Shown here: positions 1 through 10,060 of the stretch, one piece after another
Numbering within the stretch: the first letter of the stretch is position 1
How the letters are laid out: each line of letters begins with the position of its first letter
Assembly: GCA_963674825.1 (NCBI GenBank)
Contig: OY771587.1
Coordinates: 1,312,001 to 1,376,000, forward strand
Direction of reading: 5' to 3'
Origin: Candidatus Cloacimonadales bacterium
Lineage (GTDB): Bacteria; Cloacimonadota; Cloacimonadia; Cloacimonadales; JAIOQZ01
DNA length: 64,000 bases
Translations under genes and position numbers: made by a program
The notes under the pieces: generated by a model
The model's database searches: none
Told to the model about the DNA's origin: nothing
Seen by the model: only the letters and a program-made list of their open reading frames with translations

Positions 1-1058
1 GGCTGTGCGCCCAGTGCGCGGATCTTCTCGGTGCAGAGGAAACCAACGATCTGCTCGGGGTAAACGGCACCGGTGGGGTGATATTGCACCGAATCCATGA
101 AAAGCAGCTTTGCGCCGGCCCTGTAGCCCAGTACCAGTCCGTCGGCAGTAGCGCCGTAGTGATTAGTCGTCTCGAATCCGCGTATATGAAGACGCCCGAA
201 GCCTCCTGTAGCAATGATGATCGATTTTGCGCGGATGGTGGAGAATTGCTTGTTCTCGAGATGGAACATCACTGCACCGGCAGCCTGGCCTTTGTCGTCC
301 ATGATCAGCTCGATCACGGCAGTGTATTCTATGTATTTGATCTTATCGGGACGGTTATAAACTTCATCGCGAAGTACCTTACAGATGGCAGCTCCGGTGT
401 AGTCGCGCGCGGAATGCATGCGGCTGCGGCAGGTACCTCCACCGGGCTTGACCAGCATGGTTCCGTCTTCGTTCTTGTCGAACATCACCCCGAGGTCTTC
501 CAGCCATTTGATCGACTGCGGAGCGTCCTTCACCAGCGCTTCCACCAGCTCAGGCTTGTTGTCGAAGTGGCCACCTCCGATTACATCGAGGTAGTGCAGT
601 GTAGGGGTGTCGTCAGTTTGGTCCGCCGCCTGAATACCACCCTGCGCCATCATGGAATTGGAATCCCCCAGGCGCAACTTGGTGACAACAGTGACATTCG
701 CACCGGCGGCCTCGGCTTCCAGCGCTGCGGCCAGTCCGGCCGAGCCAGCTCCGATCACCAGCACATCCGTCTCTTCGGTGACGCTGCTCAGATCAATTAT
801 ATCGGGATCAATGCGCGCGTAAGATTCGAGAAGATCTGCGATTTCCGTCGTGATTTTCTCACCTTTGTTCGGACCCATGCGAATAACGCGCCGCGATTCG
901 TCCTTGTAGTCGGGATGAAACTTTCTGAGGATCTCTTCCCGTTCGGACTCACTCATAGCTTCATAGACTTGCTTGCCAAATTTCTTTGCCAGTTCGAGTC
1001 GCTTGGGGCGGGTCTTTTCCACCATCTTTATGGATTCCATCATATATTCTGGATACAT
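1..1058 (-). CDS. FAD-binding fumarate reductase/succinate dehydrogenase flavoprotein-like subunit (3' end outside window)
   Basis: Not in the ORF track; translated by hand from ATG 1058 (RBS GGAG): MYPEYMMESIK...DVLVIGAGSAGLAAA...SNSMMAQGGI...ATGGFGR...VQYHPT, which are FrdA/SdhA motifs. Confidence 0.85.
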   Translation of the reverse strand, partial: MYPEYMMESIKMVEKTRPKRLELAKKFGKQVYEAMSESEREEILRKFHPDYKDESRRVIRMGPNKGEKITTEIADLLESYARIDPDIIDLSSVTEETDVLVIGAGSAGLAAALEAEAAGANVTVVTKLRLGDSNSMMAQGGIQAADQTDDTPTLHYLDVIGGGHFDNKPELVEALVKDAPQSIKWLEDLGVMFDKNEDGTMLVKPGGGTCRSRMHSARDYTGAAICKVLRDEVYNRPDKIKYIEYTAVIELIMDDKGQAAGAVMFHLENKQFSTIRAKSIIIATGGFGRLHIRGFETTNHYGATADGLVLGYRAGAKLLFMDSVQYHPTGAVYPEQIVGFLCTEKIRALGAQ

Positions 1059-1088
1059 AGTTACTCCTGCTTCATCGTGTAAATGGTT

Positions 1089-1772
1089 TTATAGCTTGAT
1101 TTGGCGACCGTAGTACTTCTTCGCCAGATCTTCGCGCGAGGATGACATCATATCTTTGAACTCGGGGTCGTATTTGCCGTCAGCGACTTCCCGAATCCGG
1201 ATTTCGAGCTGCGGATGCTTGGGTGAAAGGTAGCGGCCGTAGAGCCTCTGCGCCAGAATCGCAGCGTTGTATTGCACGATCTCGGCCGGGCAACGCAACG
1301 CGCAGAGTCCACACCTGATGCAGTCGAAGGAGAGGTCGGCAGCACGCGCAATATCTCCACGGATAAGCGCTTGAATGTAATCCATCACCTGGATTTCCTG
1401 TGGACACGCCTTGGTGCAAGTATTGCAGGCGACGCACCGGAACACGGTTGGAAATAGCCTTTGGAACGTGTCTTCGTCTGGTGTGAGGTCTTCAATATTG
1501 TAGATCGGTTTTTCCGCAGGAACAAACGGTATCTGCGCGATCGCCATCCCCTCCGTAACCACCGTCTGGCACGCCAGACCGCCCTTCAGTTTGTAGTCTC
1601 CGGCTTCGCGATAGATCGTACCGCAAGCCCCGCAATAGCCTTCGCGGCAACCGACGCCACGTTTCAGTTGGAATCCCGCATATTCAATCGCCGTCAGGAT
1701 CGTCGATCCGTCCGGTACCATATAGGATTCGCCCATGATGTACACCTTAACCATCTTACGCTGGTTATGCAT
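1089..1772 (-). CDS. SdhB/FrdB-like iron-sulfur subunit (2Fe-2S plus two 4Fe-4S)
   Basis: GCREGYCGAC...C 2Fe-2S motif; CVACNTCTKACP and CIRCGLCALRCP; directly upstream of the flavoprotein gene. Confidence 0.85.
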   Translation of the reverse strand: MHNQRKMVKVYIMGESYMVPDGSTILTAIEYAGFQLKRGVGCREGYCGACGTIYREAGDYKLKGGLACQTVVTEGMAIAQIPFVPAEKPIYNIEDLTPDEDTFQRLFPTVFRCVACNTCTKACPQEIQVMDYIQALIRGDIARAADLSFDCIRCGLCALRCPAEIVQYNAAILAQRLYGRYLSPKHPQLEIRIREVADGKYDPEFKDMMSSSREDLAKKYYGRQIKL

Positions 1773-1930
1773 AGAGCCTCCAGGATTGTATTGTAGTAGT
1801 CTTTAGTCTGTGAATTGTCGGTTCGAATAGTAACTGCATTTCGAGATGACTGAGTTTCAAATTATACCCCAATTATTCATACAACTTCCGCTTCGATGCG
1901 CTGTATATCCGCATCTCGGGAGCACGAAAT

Positions 1931-1967
1931 TGTTCTCCGGGAACACCCTGTTCGTACATACGAACAG
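1931..1967. promoter_or_regulatory. Two adjacent palindromes, putative transcription-factor operator
   Basis: TGTTC-tccgg-GAACA (1931-1945) and CTGTTCGTA-ca-TACGAACAG (1948-1967), upstream of the Fe-S/flavoprotein pair. Confidence 0.45.
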
Positions 1968-2298
1968 CAAGATATTTTCGAATCCCTTGTCAAATCGGCC
2001 CTGGAGCCAATAGTTCCGCCATCAAACGGCTTCCTGAATACGGAATGAGCCTTCTTTTTCAAATTCTGTCAATTATTTTTTCTTTCAACAACCACCTAAA
2101 TCCTTTCTTTTGCGATAAAATGCGATTTCAGCTTGAATGAACTTCAATTACCGCCACACTGTCCGAGACCAGATTTAGTGTGACAATTTAACAAATACGC
2201 TATAATATTTTTAGTAATCAATTGACAATCTGCCTCGAATCCCCATAAACTGAACCTCAAACTCAATTATAGCTTCATTTACTTCGGAGGAGGAATCA

Positions 2299-3393
2299 AT
2301 GGTGAATATCAGACGATCTGTATTGCTATACACAATGCTATTGCTGCTGACTTGTGGCGTATTGCAGGCTGACTATTACAGCAACTCCGTTTTAGTGAGG
2401 CAGCCTGCCTCCGCACGGCAGATCGCGATGGGATATCAATCCTGCGGTGCGTACATCTGGAGTCAGAATCCACTCACTGCGCTGAACAACCCCGCACTAT
2501 TGAGTTATCAGAATGGCTTCCGATATGCACTATCCCGCTATATTCACTCGACTGACACCGTCAGCAACACCACATCCTATGTTGGCTTTGGCGGAAACGG
2601 CTGGGGAATTCTGCTGCCTTCGGGGAACATGACGTCCGGCTTCGGTAATGATCTGGAGATTGAGGAAGAGCATTTTTCTATAAGTACACAATATTATGGA
2701 TTGGGGATCAATCTTTCCAAGCTCTCCGACCTTCGCCTTGGAGCAGAATCGGATCCCAGAGTATTCAACTTTTCAATGGGTTTCTCCCTCATTCGATACG
2801 CAGAGGATCAATGGGGAGGTGATGATTATAGCGGCGAATCGCTGGATGGAGGTGTTCTGATGGAAATCACGCCAACAGCGGTATCCGATAAACCCGTCGA
2901 TTTTTCGATAACCGCAGCAGCCGATTTCTACAATATCTTCCAGGGCGAGATCGAAAATCGCTGGGACCACAGTGAACCACTGATATACGGCATGGTTCTT
3001 TCAGCCGCATCCAGAATCGCCTATCGCACTGACAAGGTCGAAAACGAGATGCTTAAAAAAGTATGACCGACCTTTTTCAGCGTTGCCGCAACCGTCAACC
3101 ACGATGATATCTGTTACGACAAGGACAAGCAGGATCGCGGCTCATTCGGCGCGGAACTGGGGCTGATGAATATCTTCTTTGTGCGCTTTGGCGAAAGCAG
3201 CCACCTCTCTCAATCGAAGACACCACGAGATAAATTCAGCACATTCGGAGTTGGGGTGAACCTGCAATATGAAGATCTGGTTCAATATGAGTGGAATTAC
3301 GCCGAATACAATCCGGGCTACTCGAAGGTACGCAACTGGGACATGATGCTGCATGTGAATATCTGGAAACTGATGACACTCGGGATGAAATAG
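2299..3393 (+). pseudogene. PorV/FadL/UPF0164-like outer-membrane barrel, paralog 1, interrupted by in-frame TGA at 3064-3066
   Basis: ORFs 2299-3066 and 3166-3393 share a frame with no other stop between them; both halves align to the three downstream paralogs. Confidence 0.7.
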
Positions 3394-3400
3394 GGAGACA

Positions 3401-4576
3401 ATGATGAAGATGAACAAACTCGGTATCAGTATCGCGATGACAATCCTTTGCAGCATTCTGATGGCCTTTCCGCATACAATCGCACAAGCACCCGTCTCCG
3501 CAACCCAGAGCAGCATGGGTTTTATGTATTCCGGTGGAGCTTACATCTGGAGCAATAATCCCCTGAATGCCTGGACGAATCCCGCTAAACTCGGTTTCCA
3601 GCAAGGTATATCCAATGGGTATTTCTTCGACGACTATGATACTTTCTCGAAAGTTAAAAAAGACGCATCCATGATGGCGATCGGTTGGAATGGAATCGGT
3701 ATTTTGCTTCCCACAGTCAATACGTCCGGAAAATTCGGCCATACGATTGATTACGGGGAATGGTCATTCAATAATTATAGCGACGGAACATACCTGGGAA
3801 CAGGCAATTGCTACCACACAATCCAGCAATACGCCCTGGGCGTTAACTTTATGGAGCTGATGCGAGACGGAGATCCGTGGGACAAGATCAACAGAGGCAT
3901 GTTTGATCTTTCGCTGGGGGTCGCTGTGACGCACTACCTCACAAATGCAACGTACAACTTTGATCCAGAAGAAGAGGGATATACATCTTCGACATCTAAT
4001 GATGTTGACGAGTATTTTTACAATGCCGGGATGATAGCAAAGTTCTCTACCTTCGCGAATTCAGATCTTCCCTACCGGCTGGACTTCAGTCTTGGTACAA
4101 CCTGGCTGAATATAACGGAAGTCGATGCCTTTATCTGGGATTATGAATACATTGACGATGATGACAAAAAAATGTTTTCGAATGGTCTCCTATACTCGGG
4201 TTCCGCATATGGCGCGATCCTTCCATTCAACAAACCCTACAGCTTCTTTGATCATACGATCAATGAGCTCCTGAGCGTTGCATACACTTACGACTATTTC
4301 GATAACGAATTTGGCAGCCACGATAACGACGTGCAGTCGTGGGGTCTGGAGTATGGCCTGCTGAACACCTTCTACATCAGGCACGGACAGTACAATTTCA
4401 ATCCGGTCAAATGGGGATACACAAATGACTGCTTCGGTCTTGGGCTGAAACTCCGGTACCGCGACCTGATCGAATACGAATGGAATTACGCCGAGACCGA
4501 GTATTTGACCGATATGAGTAGATGCTGGGACATGATGCTGAACGTAAACCTGATGAAGATTATAGACGTACTATAG
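3401..4576 (+). CDS. Putative outer-membrane beta-barrel, PorV/UPF0164-like, paralog 2
   Basis: Signal peptide; GGAYIWSxNP...NPAKLG motif; amphipathic strands; C-terminal EWNYAE...WDMMLxVN shared with paralogs. Confidence 0.65.
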   Translation: MMKMNKLGISIAMTILCSILMAFPHTIAQAPVSATQSSMGFMYSGGAYIWSNNPLNAWTNPAKLGFQQGISNGYFFDDYDTFSKVKKDASMMAIGWNGIGILLPTVNTSGKFGHTIDYGEWSFNNYSDGTYLGTGNCYHTIQQYALGVNFMELMRDGDPWDKINRGMFDLSLGVAVTHYLTNATYNFDPEEEGYTSSTSNDVDEYFYNAGMIAKFSTFANSDLPYRLDFSLGTTWLNITEVDAFIWDYEYIDDDDKKMFSNGLLYSGSAYGAILPFNKPYSFFDHTINELLSVAYTYDYFDNEFGSHDNDVQSWGLEYGLLNTFYIRHGQYNFNPVKWGYTNDCFGLGLKLRYRDLIEYEWNYAETEYLTDMSRCWDMMLNVNLMKIIDVL

Positions 4577-4593
4577 ATAGTTACGGAGGATTT

Positions 4594-5724
4594 ATGCGAA
4601 GAGACACATTCCTTACAGTTGTGATTATACTACTGATTGCTGTAACTGTTATTCCATGTTTTGGACACGCATTCTATTATGACAATTTCAATACGATGTC
4701 CCCATCTGCCTCAACGATCGGACGCGGAGGCTATATATCCGGCGGCGCCCATATCTGGAGCCAGAATCCCCTGGAATATTGGGATAATCCAGCAAAACTC
4801 GGCTATGCAAAAGGCTTTGCATACGGACACCACACACACGAGTATAAAGATTGGCCAGCAAGTCGTAGAGCCGCCTGTGCTACTTTCGGGTGGAATGGAA
4901 TCGGTATCATGGTTCCCGCCCTTAATGACTACGGCAGGTTCGGTCATTCGATAGACTATGATAGCGAGTTCTACGACGAAACACCTTATGAAGATACCGA
5001 ACGCTACGCAATTGGCGTTAATCTTTTTGATGCGATATTCGATCGAAACGGTCATGGAATTCGTAATCGATTCCTGTCCGAAATATCGTTTGGTGCTACT
5101 TTGCAGAGATATATGTTCGATTGGGGTGAATACACGCATGTTACAGAACAATCATCCGTCAATATCGGATCGCTCATCCGGATGACACCGATTGACTGGA
5201 CGAATTCCGATTACTCACTGGATGTCGTGGCAGGTTTGAACTGGACCAATATCACCAAAGAAAAAGTAACTGTTCGCCTCATTGGAGATGGCAATTATTT
5301 TATGTATGATTATCCGCTGCTCTACGGCATGAAATACTCTCTCGCGGCAAAAGGAAGCTATAGACCTGTAAATATGCTATCGACCATGAATCGCGACTTC
5401 TTCGACGAAATCCTCAGCATGGCTCTGACACTGGATCATTATGATTTCGGCTTTTCAGAAGATGATGAAGACTGGTCGTCCATAGGCCTTGAACTCGGCG
5501 TAATGGATATCTTCTATTTCCGCATGGGAAACATGCATCTCGTCTATGAGAATCATCCCGATTCCGATTGGTTCACCTATGGTTTCGGCATTAAGGTTGA
5601 CTACCGGAACACCTTTGAATTCCAATGGAATTATGCAGACTCAGAAACCGATCTTGATAATTTCACAATGTACGATTTCATGCTGCGAATTAACTTTCTC
5701 GAGCTTGGTAATCTGAAGCAATGA
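4594..5724 (+). CDS. Putative outer-membrane beta-barrel, PorV/UPF0164-like, paralog 3
   Basis: ATG 4594 after GGAGGA; signal peptide; WDNPAKLG motif. Confidence 0.65.
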   Translation: MRRDTFLTVVIILLIAVTVIPCFGHAFYYDNFNTMSPSASTIGRGGYISGGAHIWSQNPLEYWDNPAKLGYAKGFAYGHHTHEYKDWPASRRAACATFGWNGIGIMVPALNDYGRFGHSIDYDSEFYDETPYEDTERYAIGVNLFDAIFDRNGHGIRNRFLSEISFGATLQRYMFDWGEYTHVTEQSSVNIGSLIRMTPIDWTNSDYSLDVVAGLNWTNITKEKVTVRLIGDGNYFMYDYPLLYGMKYSLAAKGSYRPVNMLSTMNRDFFDEILSMALTLDHYDFGFSEDDEDWSSIGLELGVMDIFYFRMGNMHLVYENHPDSDWFTYGFGIKVDYRNTFEFQWNYADSETDLDNFTMYDFMLRINFLELGNLKQ

Positions 5725-5771
5725 TATTCTCGACGTTTTGAGCATGGCATGATTTGCACGTCGGAGGGCTA

Positions 5772-6884
5772 TTGAAGAACAGGTATGGCTTCACATCGGC
5801 AATGATCTTGCTGGTTCTTGCAGCATCGGTATCCTGCCACGGTGAAGTCTATTACTGGGATATGGTAAATCTTCAGGCTGTGTCGGCTTCTGCATTGGGT
5901 CGCGGTGGCGATATTTCGGGCGGTGCATACATCTGGAGTCAGAATGCGCTCGATTTTTGGGATAATCCAGCCAAGCTCGGCTATGCAAGAGGATTATCTT
6001 ATGGGCATCTCGTTCATGATTACGACGATTCGCGCAACAGAAGAGCCGCCTGCATGACCCTGGGCTGGAAGGGAATCGGAATCTTGCTACCAGCGTACAA
6101 TGACTACCGGAAATTCGGGCATTCCCTCGATCACGATGACCACTACTACAAAGAAGACGTCTACGAGCGCACCGAGCGCTATGGATTGGGCGTCAATCTT
6201 CTCGAAGCACTCTTCAATCGCTTCCTCCCACAGAATCCGCTCATTTCCGAGGTCTCGGTTGGAGTCGCCTATCAGCGTTATATCTACGATTGGGGTGAAT
6301 TCACCCATTCCACGGAACAATCGACCATCAATCTCGGAGCGATGATCCGCATGGCACCCATTCAGTGGGGAGATTTTTCCTGCGAGATGGTCACCGGATT
6401 TACCTGGACCAACATTGATGAGAAGACAATCAGCTACTACAATCTTTATTACAGCGATAACGAATTCGAGTCTCCGCTGGTTTATGGCCTGAAATACTCG
6501 ATGGCAACAAAGGGATCGTATTGTCCCAACGATCTGCTTGACCGGATGAACCGCGATTTCTTTAATGAAATTGTCAGCGTGGCTTTTACCATGGACGACT
6601 ACGATATCGGCTATAAAGAGGATGAAGAGGACCGGCTTTCCATGGGAATCGAATTGAGCCTGCTGGAATGCCTTTACTTCCGAACCGGGACAATGAAGGT
6701 CGTCTATGAAGTGTACGATGATTCAGACTGGTCCGACTACGGATACGGCCTTCGGCTTCACTACCGCGATGCCGTTGAATTTCAATGGAATTGGGCACAG
6801 ACCCAGACCGATTTTGAGGATTATGAGATGTACGATTTCATGCTGCGCATCAACTTATTTGAGCTTGGAAATTTGAGGGACTAA
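5772..6884 (+). CDS. Putative outer-membrane beta-barrel, PorV/UPF0164-like, paralog 4
   Basis: TTG 5772 after GGAGGG; closest to paralog 3 (WDNPAKLGYA, MYDFMLRIN.FELGNL). Confidence 0.65.
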   Translation: MKNRYGFTSAMILLVLAASVSCHGEVYYWDMVNLQAVSASALGRGGDISGGAYIWSQNALDFWDNPAKLGYARGLSYGHLVHDYDDSRNRRAACMTLGWKGIGILLPAYNDYRKFGHSLDHDDHYYKEDVYERTERYGLGVNLLEALFNRFLPQNPLISEVSVGVAYQRYIYDWGEFTHSTEQSTINLGAMIRMAPIQWGDFSCEMVTGFTWTNIDEKTISYYNLYYSDNEFESPLVYGLKYSMATKGSYCPNDLLDRMNRDFFNEIVSVAFTMDDYDIGYKEDEEDRLSMGIELSLLECLYFRTGTMKVVYEVYDDSDWSDYGYGLRLHYRDAVEFQWNWAQTQTDFEDYEMYDFMLRINLFELGNLRD

Positions 6885-6885
6885 T

Positions 6886-7815
6886 ATGCTGAGAACTCTT
6901 ATCCTCGAGGCGATGCCGGAGCGATTCCATCGCGAGATCGAAGCACGTGGATGGCAGCAGTGGTTTCACAATGTTGAAGACCACCCGCTTGCCGATGGAG
7001 AGAATCCCGGCTGGCAGGCGATCATCATCCGCACGAAAACGCAGTTCGACCGGAGGATGTTCGAACGCTTCCCCGACCTGAAGCTACTCATTCGCGCCGG
7101 TACAGGCTTCGACAACATCGAGTTGGAAGCTGCTGGCGATATCGTCGTATGCAACACGCCGGAAGCCAATGCCACTGCGGCGGCAGAGCATACGCTGTCG
7201 TTTATCCTGGCGCTAATCAAAAACCTTCAGCAAGCCCGTCAGAATGTCCTGCAAGGGAAATGGCGCGACGGAATGCCGTTCAATATGGAATTCGACGAAC
7301 TCAGGGCACTGATTGTAGGCGTGGGGCGTGTCGGCGGAAGAGTCGCCAAAAGCCTGCAAGCGCTGGGCGCGTCAGTACGGGGTGTCGATCCGTATCTGAC
7401 GGATGACGAACGGCGTGCACGTGGAATCGAGTTCGTGAGCTACGAAGACGGCCTTAAGTGGTGCAACCTCATCAGCTTTCACTGTCCACTCACCGAGGAG
7501 ACTCGCGGCTATTTCAATGAACACCATCTGGATATCCCGACCAGCCCGATCTGGCTGGTCAACACCTCGCGCGGCGCGGTGGTATCTTGGGACGCAGCAG
7601 AAAAAGGCGTGCAAACCGGTAAAATCCTCGGCGCGGCACTGGATGTGTTCGATCCCGAACCGTGGCCTGCTACCCATTTCGCGCATGATCCAAGGATACT
7701 TCTATCACCCCATACGGGAGCTCGAACCGATGCAGCGCGTGAACGACTCGCTATCGAGACAATCGAGGTGTGGGAAGCTTTCGCGATCCACAACAAACCG
7801 ATTCATCGCGTGTGA
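6886..7815 (+). CDS. D-isomer 2-hydroxyacid dehydrogenase, SerA-like, without ACT domain
   Basis: RAGTGFDNI, GVGRVG, VNTSRG, LDVFDPEP and SPHTG motifs. Confidence 0.85.
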   Translation: MLRTLILEAMPERFHREIEARGWQQWFHNVEDHPLADGENPGWQAIIIRTKTQFDRRMFERFPDLKLLIRAGTGFDNIELEAAGDIVVCNTPEANATAAAEHTLSFILALIKNLQQARQNVLQGKWRDGMPFNMEFDELRALIVGVGRVGGRVAKSLQALGASVRGVDPYLTDDERRARGIEFVSYEDGLKWCNLISFHCPLTEETRGYFNEHHLDIPTSPIWLVNTSRGAVVSWDAAEKGVQTGKILGAALDVFDPEPWPATHFAHDPRILLSPHTGARTDAARERLAIETIEVWEAFAIHNKPIHRV

Positions 7816-7929
7816 ATCACCCTTAAAAAAACGCACCTTCCCCACCTGACGTCCTGAGGTCTAATCCCAACAAATATTCGTCTTGACGGGATGACGCGAC
7901 TGCGATTATCGTTCTTCATGGTGAAACCT

Positions 7930-8511
7930 ATGAAAACAAAATGGATAGCAATTTTATTGATCGTCGCAGCGCTCGCAGCCTGCACACCGGGCTACATGCC
8001 CATTCGCGAAGGAAATGTACGCGTTCGCGAGGATATCGCCTTTATCGACACGCCAGACTACTCCATCGCGGTGCAGCCTGCCCTCTGGACCTACAAGCCA
8101 GATAACCTCTCCGACTATTACACAACTTTCATCATCCAGGTCGAGAACAAGACCAGGCACAGCATCAACGTGCAGCCAACCGATATCGTGCTGCTCAACG
8201 AAAACCGGCGACAATATGACCCGGTTTCCATCGACAGGATCATCAGTATGCTGGTGGATGAAGCACCCGCCTTACGACACTTCTCCGAAACCCCGGTCAA
8301 CCTCCGCGAAGAACAGGAATACGAGATGGACCGCTTGGAAGCGCGCCAGAAGCTGATGTCGGAGTCATTCCACTTTGGAGATATCAGCGCCAAGGCATCC
8401 AAGTCCGGGTATGTGTTTTTCCCAAAGGTTTCTCAGCGGAACATGCACCTTTCTTTTGTCTTCAAGGATCAGACGATCCGGTTCACACGCGAAAAGAAAG
8501 AAGAAAAATAA
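7930..8511 (+). CDS. Lipoprotein, unknown function
   Basis: MKTKWIAILLIVAALAA-C lipobox. Confidence 0.75.
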   Translation: MKTKWIAILLIVAALAACTPGYMPIREGNVRVREDIAFIDTPDYSIAVQPALWTYKPDNLSDYYTTFIIQVENKTRHSINVQPTDIVLLNENRRQYDPVSIDRIISMLVDEAPALRHFSETPVNLREEQEYEMDRLEARQKLMSESFHFGDISAKASKSGYVFFPKVSQRNMHLSFVFKDQTIRFTREKKEEK

Positions 8512-8523
8512 ATTGGAGCTATA

Positions 8524-10059
8524 ATGAAGCATGAACTTGTCCTGATCCTCGATTTCGGATCGCAATACACGCAGTTGATCGCCAAGACGATCCGTAAAAT
8601 GAACATCTACTCTGAAATCGTCCCCTTCAATACACCATACGACGAGATCGTCGCCAAGGAGCCTCAAGCGCTGATCCTCTCAGGAAGTCCTTCCAGCGTA
8701 AACAGCCCGGAAGCCCCCATCCCCGATACACGCATCTTCGATCTGACCATCCCGATCCTGGGCGTCTGCTACGGCATGCAGCTTATGACCCATACACTTG
8801 GCGGAAGCGTAATTCGCTCCGACAAGAAGGAATACGGCTACGCAAAAATCCACGTGGAAAACCACGAATCACTCTTCAAAGGCCTTGCTGAAAACGAAGA
8901 TGTCTGGATGAGTCACGGTGATGCGGTTAAGCAGCTCCCCGATGGATTCCATCGAATCGCCTGGAGTGAAAACTCGCCTTACGCCGCCATCGCTCACAAC
9001 AGCAAGCCCATGTACGCCTTGCAGTTCCACCCAGAAGTGACGAACACAGCACACGGCTTTACAATGCTGGATAATTTTTGCACAATCGCCGGTTTCACCC
9101 GCGATTGGACCCCCGTATCGTTCATCGATGCCACCATCGACGCAATCCGTAAGCAAGTCGGAAGCGACAAGGTGATCCTCGGCCTTAGCGGCGGTGTGGA
9201 TTCATCTGTGGTCGGCGCGTTACTGCACAAGGCCATCGGTGAAAACCTCATCCCCATTCTGGTCGATACTGGCCTGCTGCGCATGAACGAAGCGCAGGAA
9301 GTGGAAGAGGCGTTCCAGGAAGCGTTCGGCATGAAGCTTATCGTCATCGACGCGGCAGAAGAATTCTACGCCCGGCTTGAAGGCGTCTCCGATCCTGAGA
9401 AAAAGCGCAAGATCATCGGTAACACCTTCATCGAGATCTTCGAGCGTGAGGCGGCCAAACATCCCGACGCGCACTACCTTGCGCAGGGAACGCTCTACCC
9501 GGATCTGATCGAAAGCGTATCGTTCAAGGGACCATCCGCAACCATTAAATCGCACCACAACGTCGGCGGCCTACCGGAGAAAATGAACCTGAAGCTGGTC
9601 GAGCCACTTCGGGAACTCTTCAAAGACGAGGTACGCGAGGTGGGCAGACAGCTTGGCCTTCCGGCAAAGCTTGTCGAACGGCACCCGTTCCCGGGTCCCG
9701 GCCTGGCGATCCGAATCATCGGCGATATCTCGCGAGAAAAGGTCGATGTCCTGCAGAAGATCGACGCAATCTTTATCGGCGAACTCTGGGAGAAGAATCT
9801 TTATCACACTACATGGCAGGCGTTTGCTGTGCTCCTCCCGGTGCAATCGGTGGGTGTAATGGGTGACGAACGCACTTACGAGAATGTCTGCGCCCTCCGC
9901 GCTGTAGGAAGCTCCGATGGCATGACAGCTGACTGGACGGAGCTGCCATACAGCTTCCTCAAACGCGTCTCAAACCGTATTATCAACGAAGTCCAGGGAG
10001 TCAACCGGGTGGTCTATGACATCAGTTCAAAGCCACCTGCAACCATCGAGTGGGAATAA
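8524..10059 (+). CDS. guaA: GMP synthase (glutamine-hydrolysing)
   Basis: [43 protein letters not shown]. Confidence 0.98.
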   Translation: MKHELVLILDFGSQYTQLIAKTIRKMNIYSEIVPFNTPYDEIVAKEPQALILSGSPSSVNSPEAPIPDTRIFDLTIPILGVCYGMQLMTHTLGGSVIRSDKKEYGYAKIHVENHESLFKGLAENEDVWMSHGDAVKQLPDGFHRIAWSENSPYAAIAHNSKPMYALQFHPEVTNTAHGFTMLDNFCTIAGFTRDWTPVSFIDATIDAIRKQVGSDKVILGLSGGVDSSVVGALLHKAIGENLIPILVDTGLLRMNEAQEVEEAFQEAFGMKLIVIDAAEEFYARLEGVSDPEKKRKIIGNTFIEIFEREAAKHPDAHYLAQGTLYPDLIESVSFKGPSATIKSHHNVGGLPEKMNLKLVEPLRELFKDEVREVGRQLGLPAKLVERHPFPGPGLAIRIIGDISREKVDVLQKIDAIFIGELWEKNLYHTTWQAFAVLLPVQSVGVMGDERTYENVCALRAVGSSDGMTADWTELPYSFLKRVSNRIINEVQGVNRVVYDISSKPPATIEWE

Positions 10060-10060
10060 T

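Noticed and set aside
78..1082. 334-aa + strand ORF
   Set aside because: Antisense shadow of the flavoprotein gene, which the track missed because it runs off the window.
1815..1835. GGTTCGAAT tRNA T-loop-like motif
   Set aside because: No T-stem pairing or cloverleaf.
3064..3100. Selenocysteine at the TGA in barrel paralog 1
   Set aside because: No Cys at this column in the three paralogs; only a small hairpin with a non-G loop follows.
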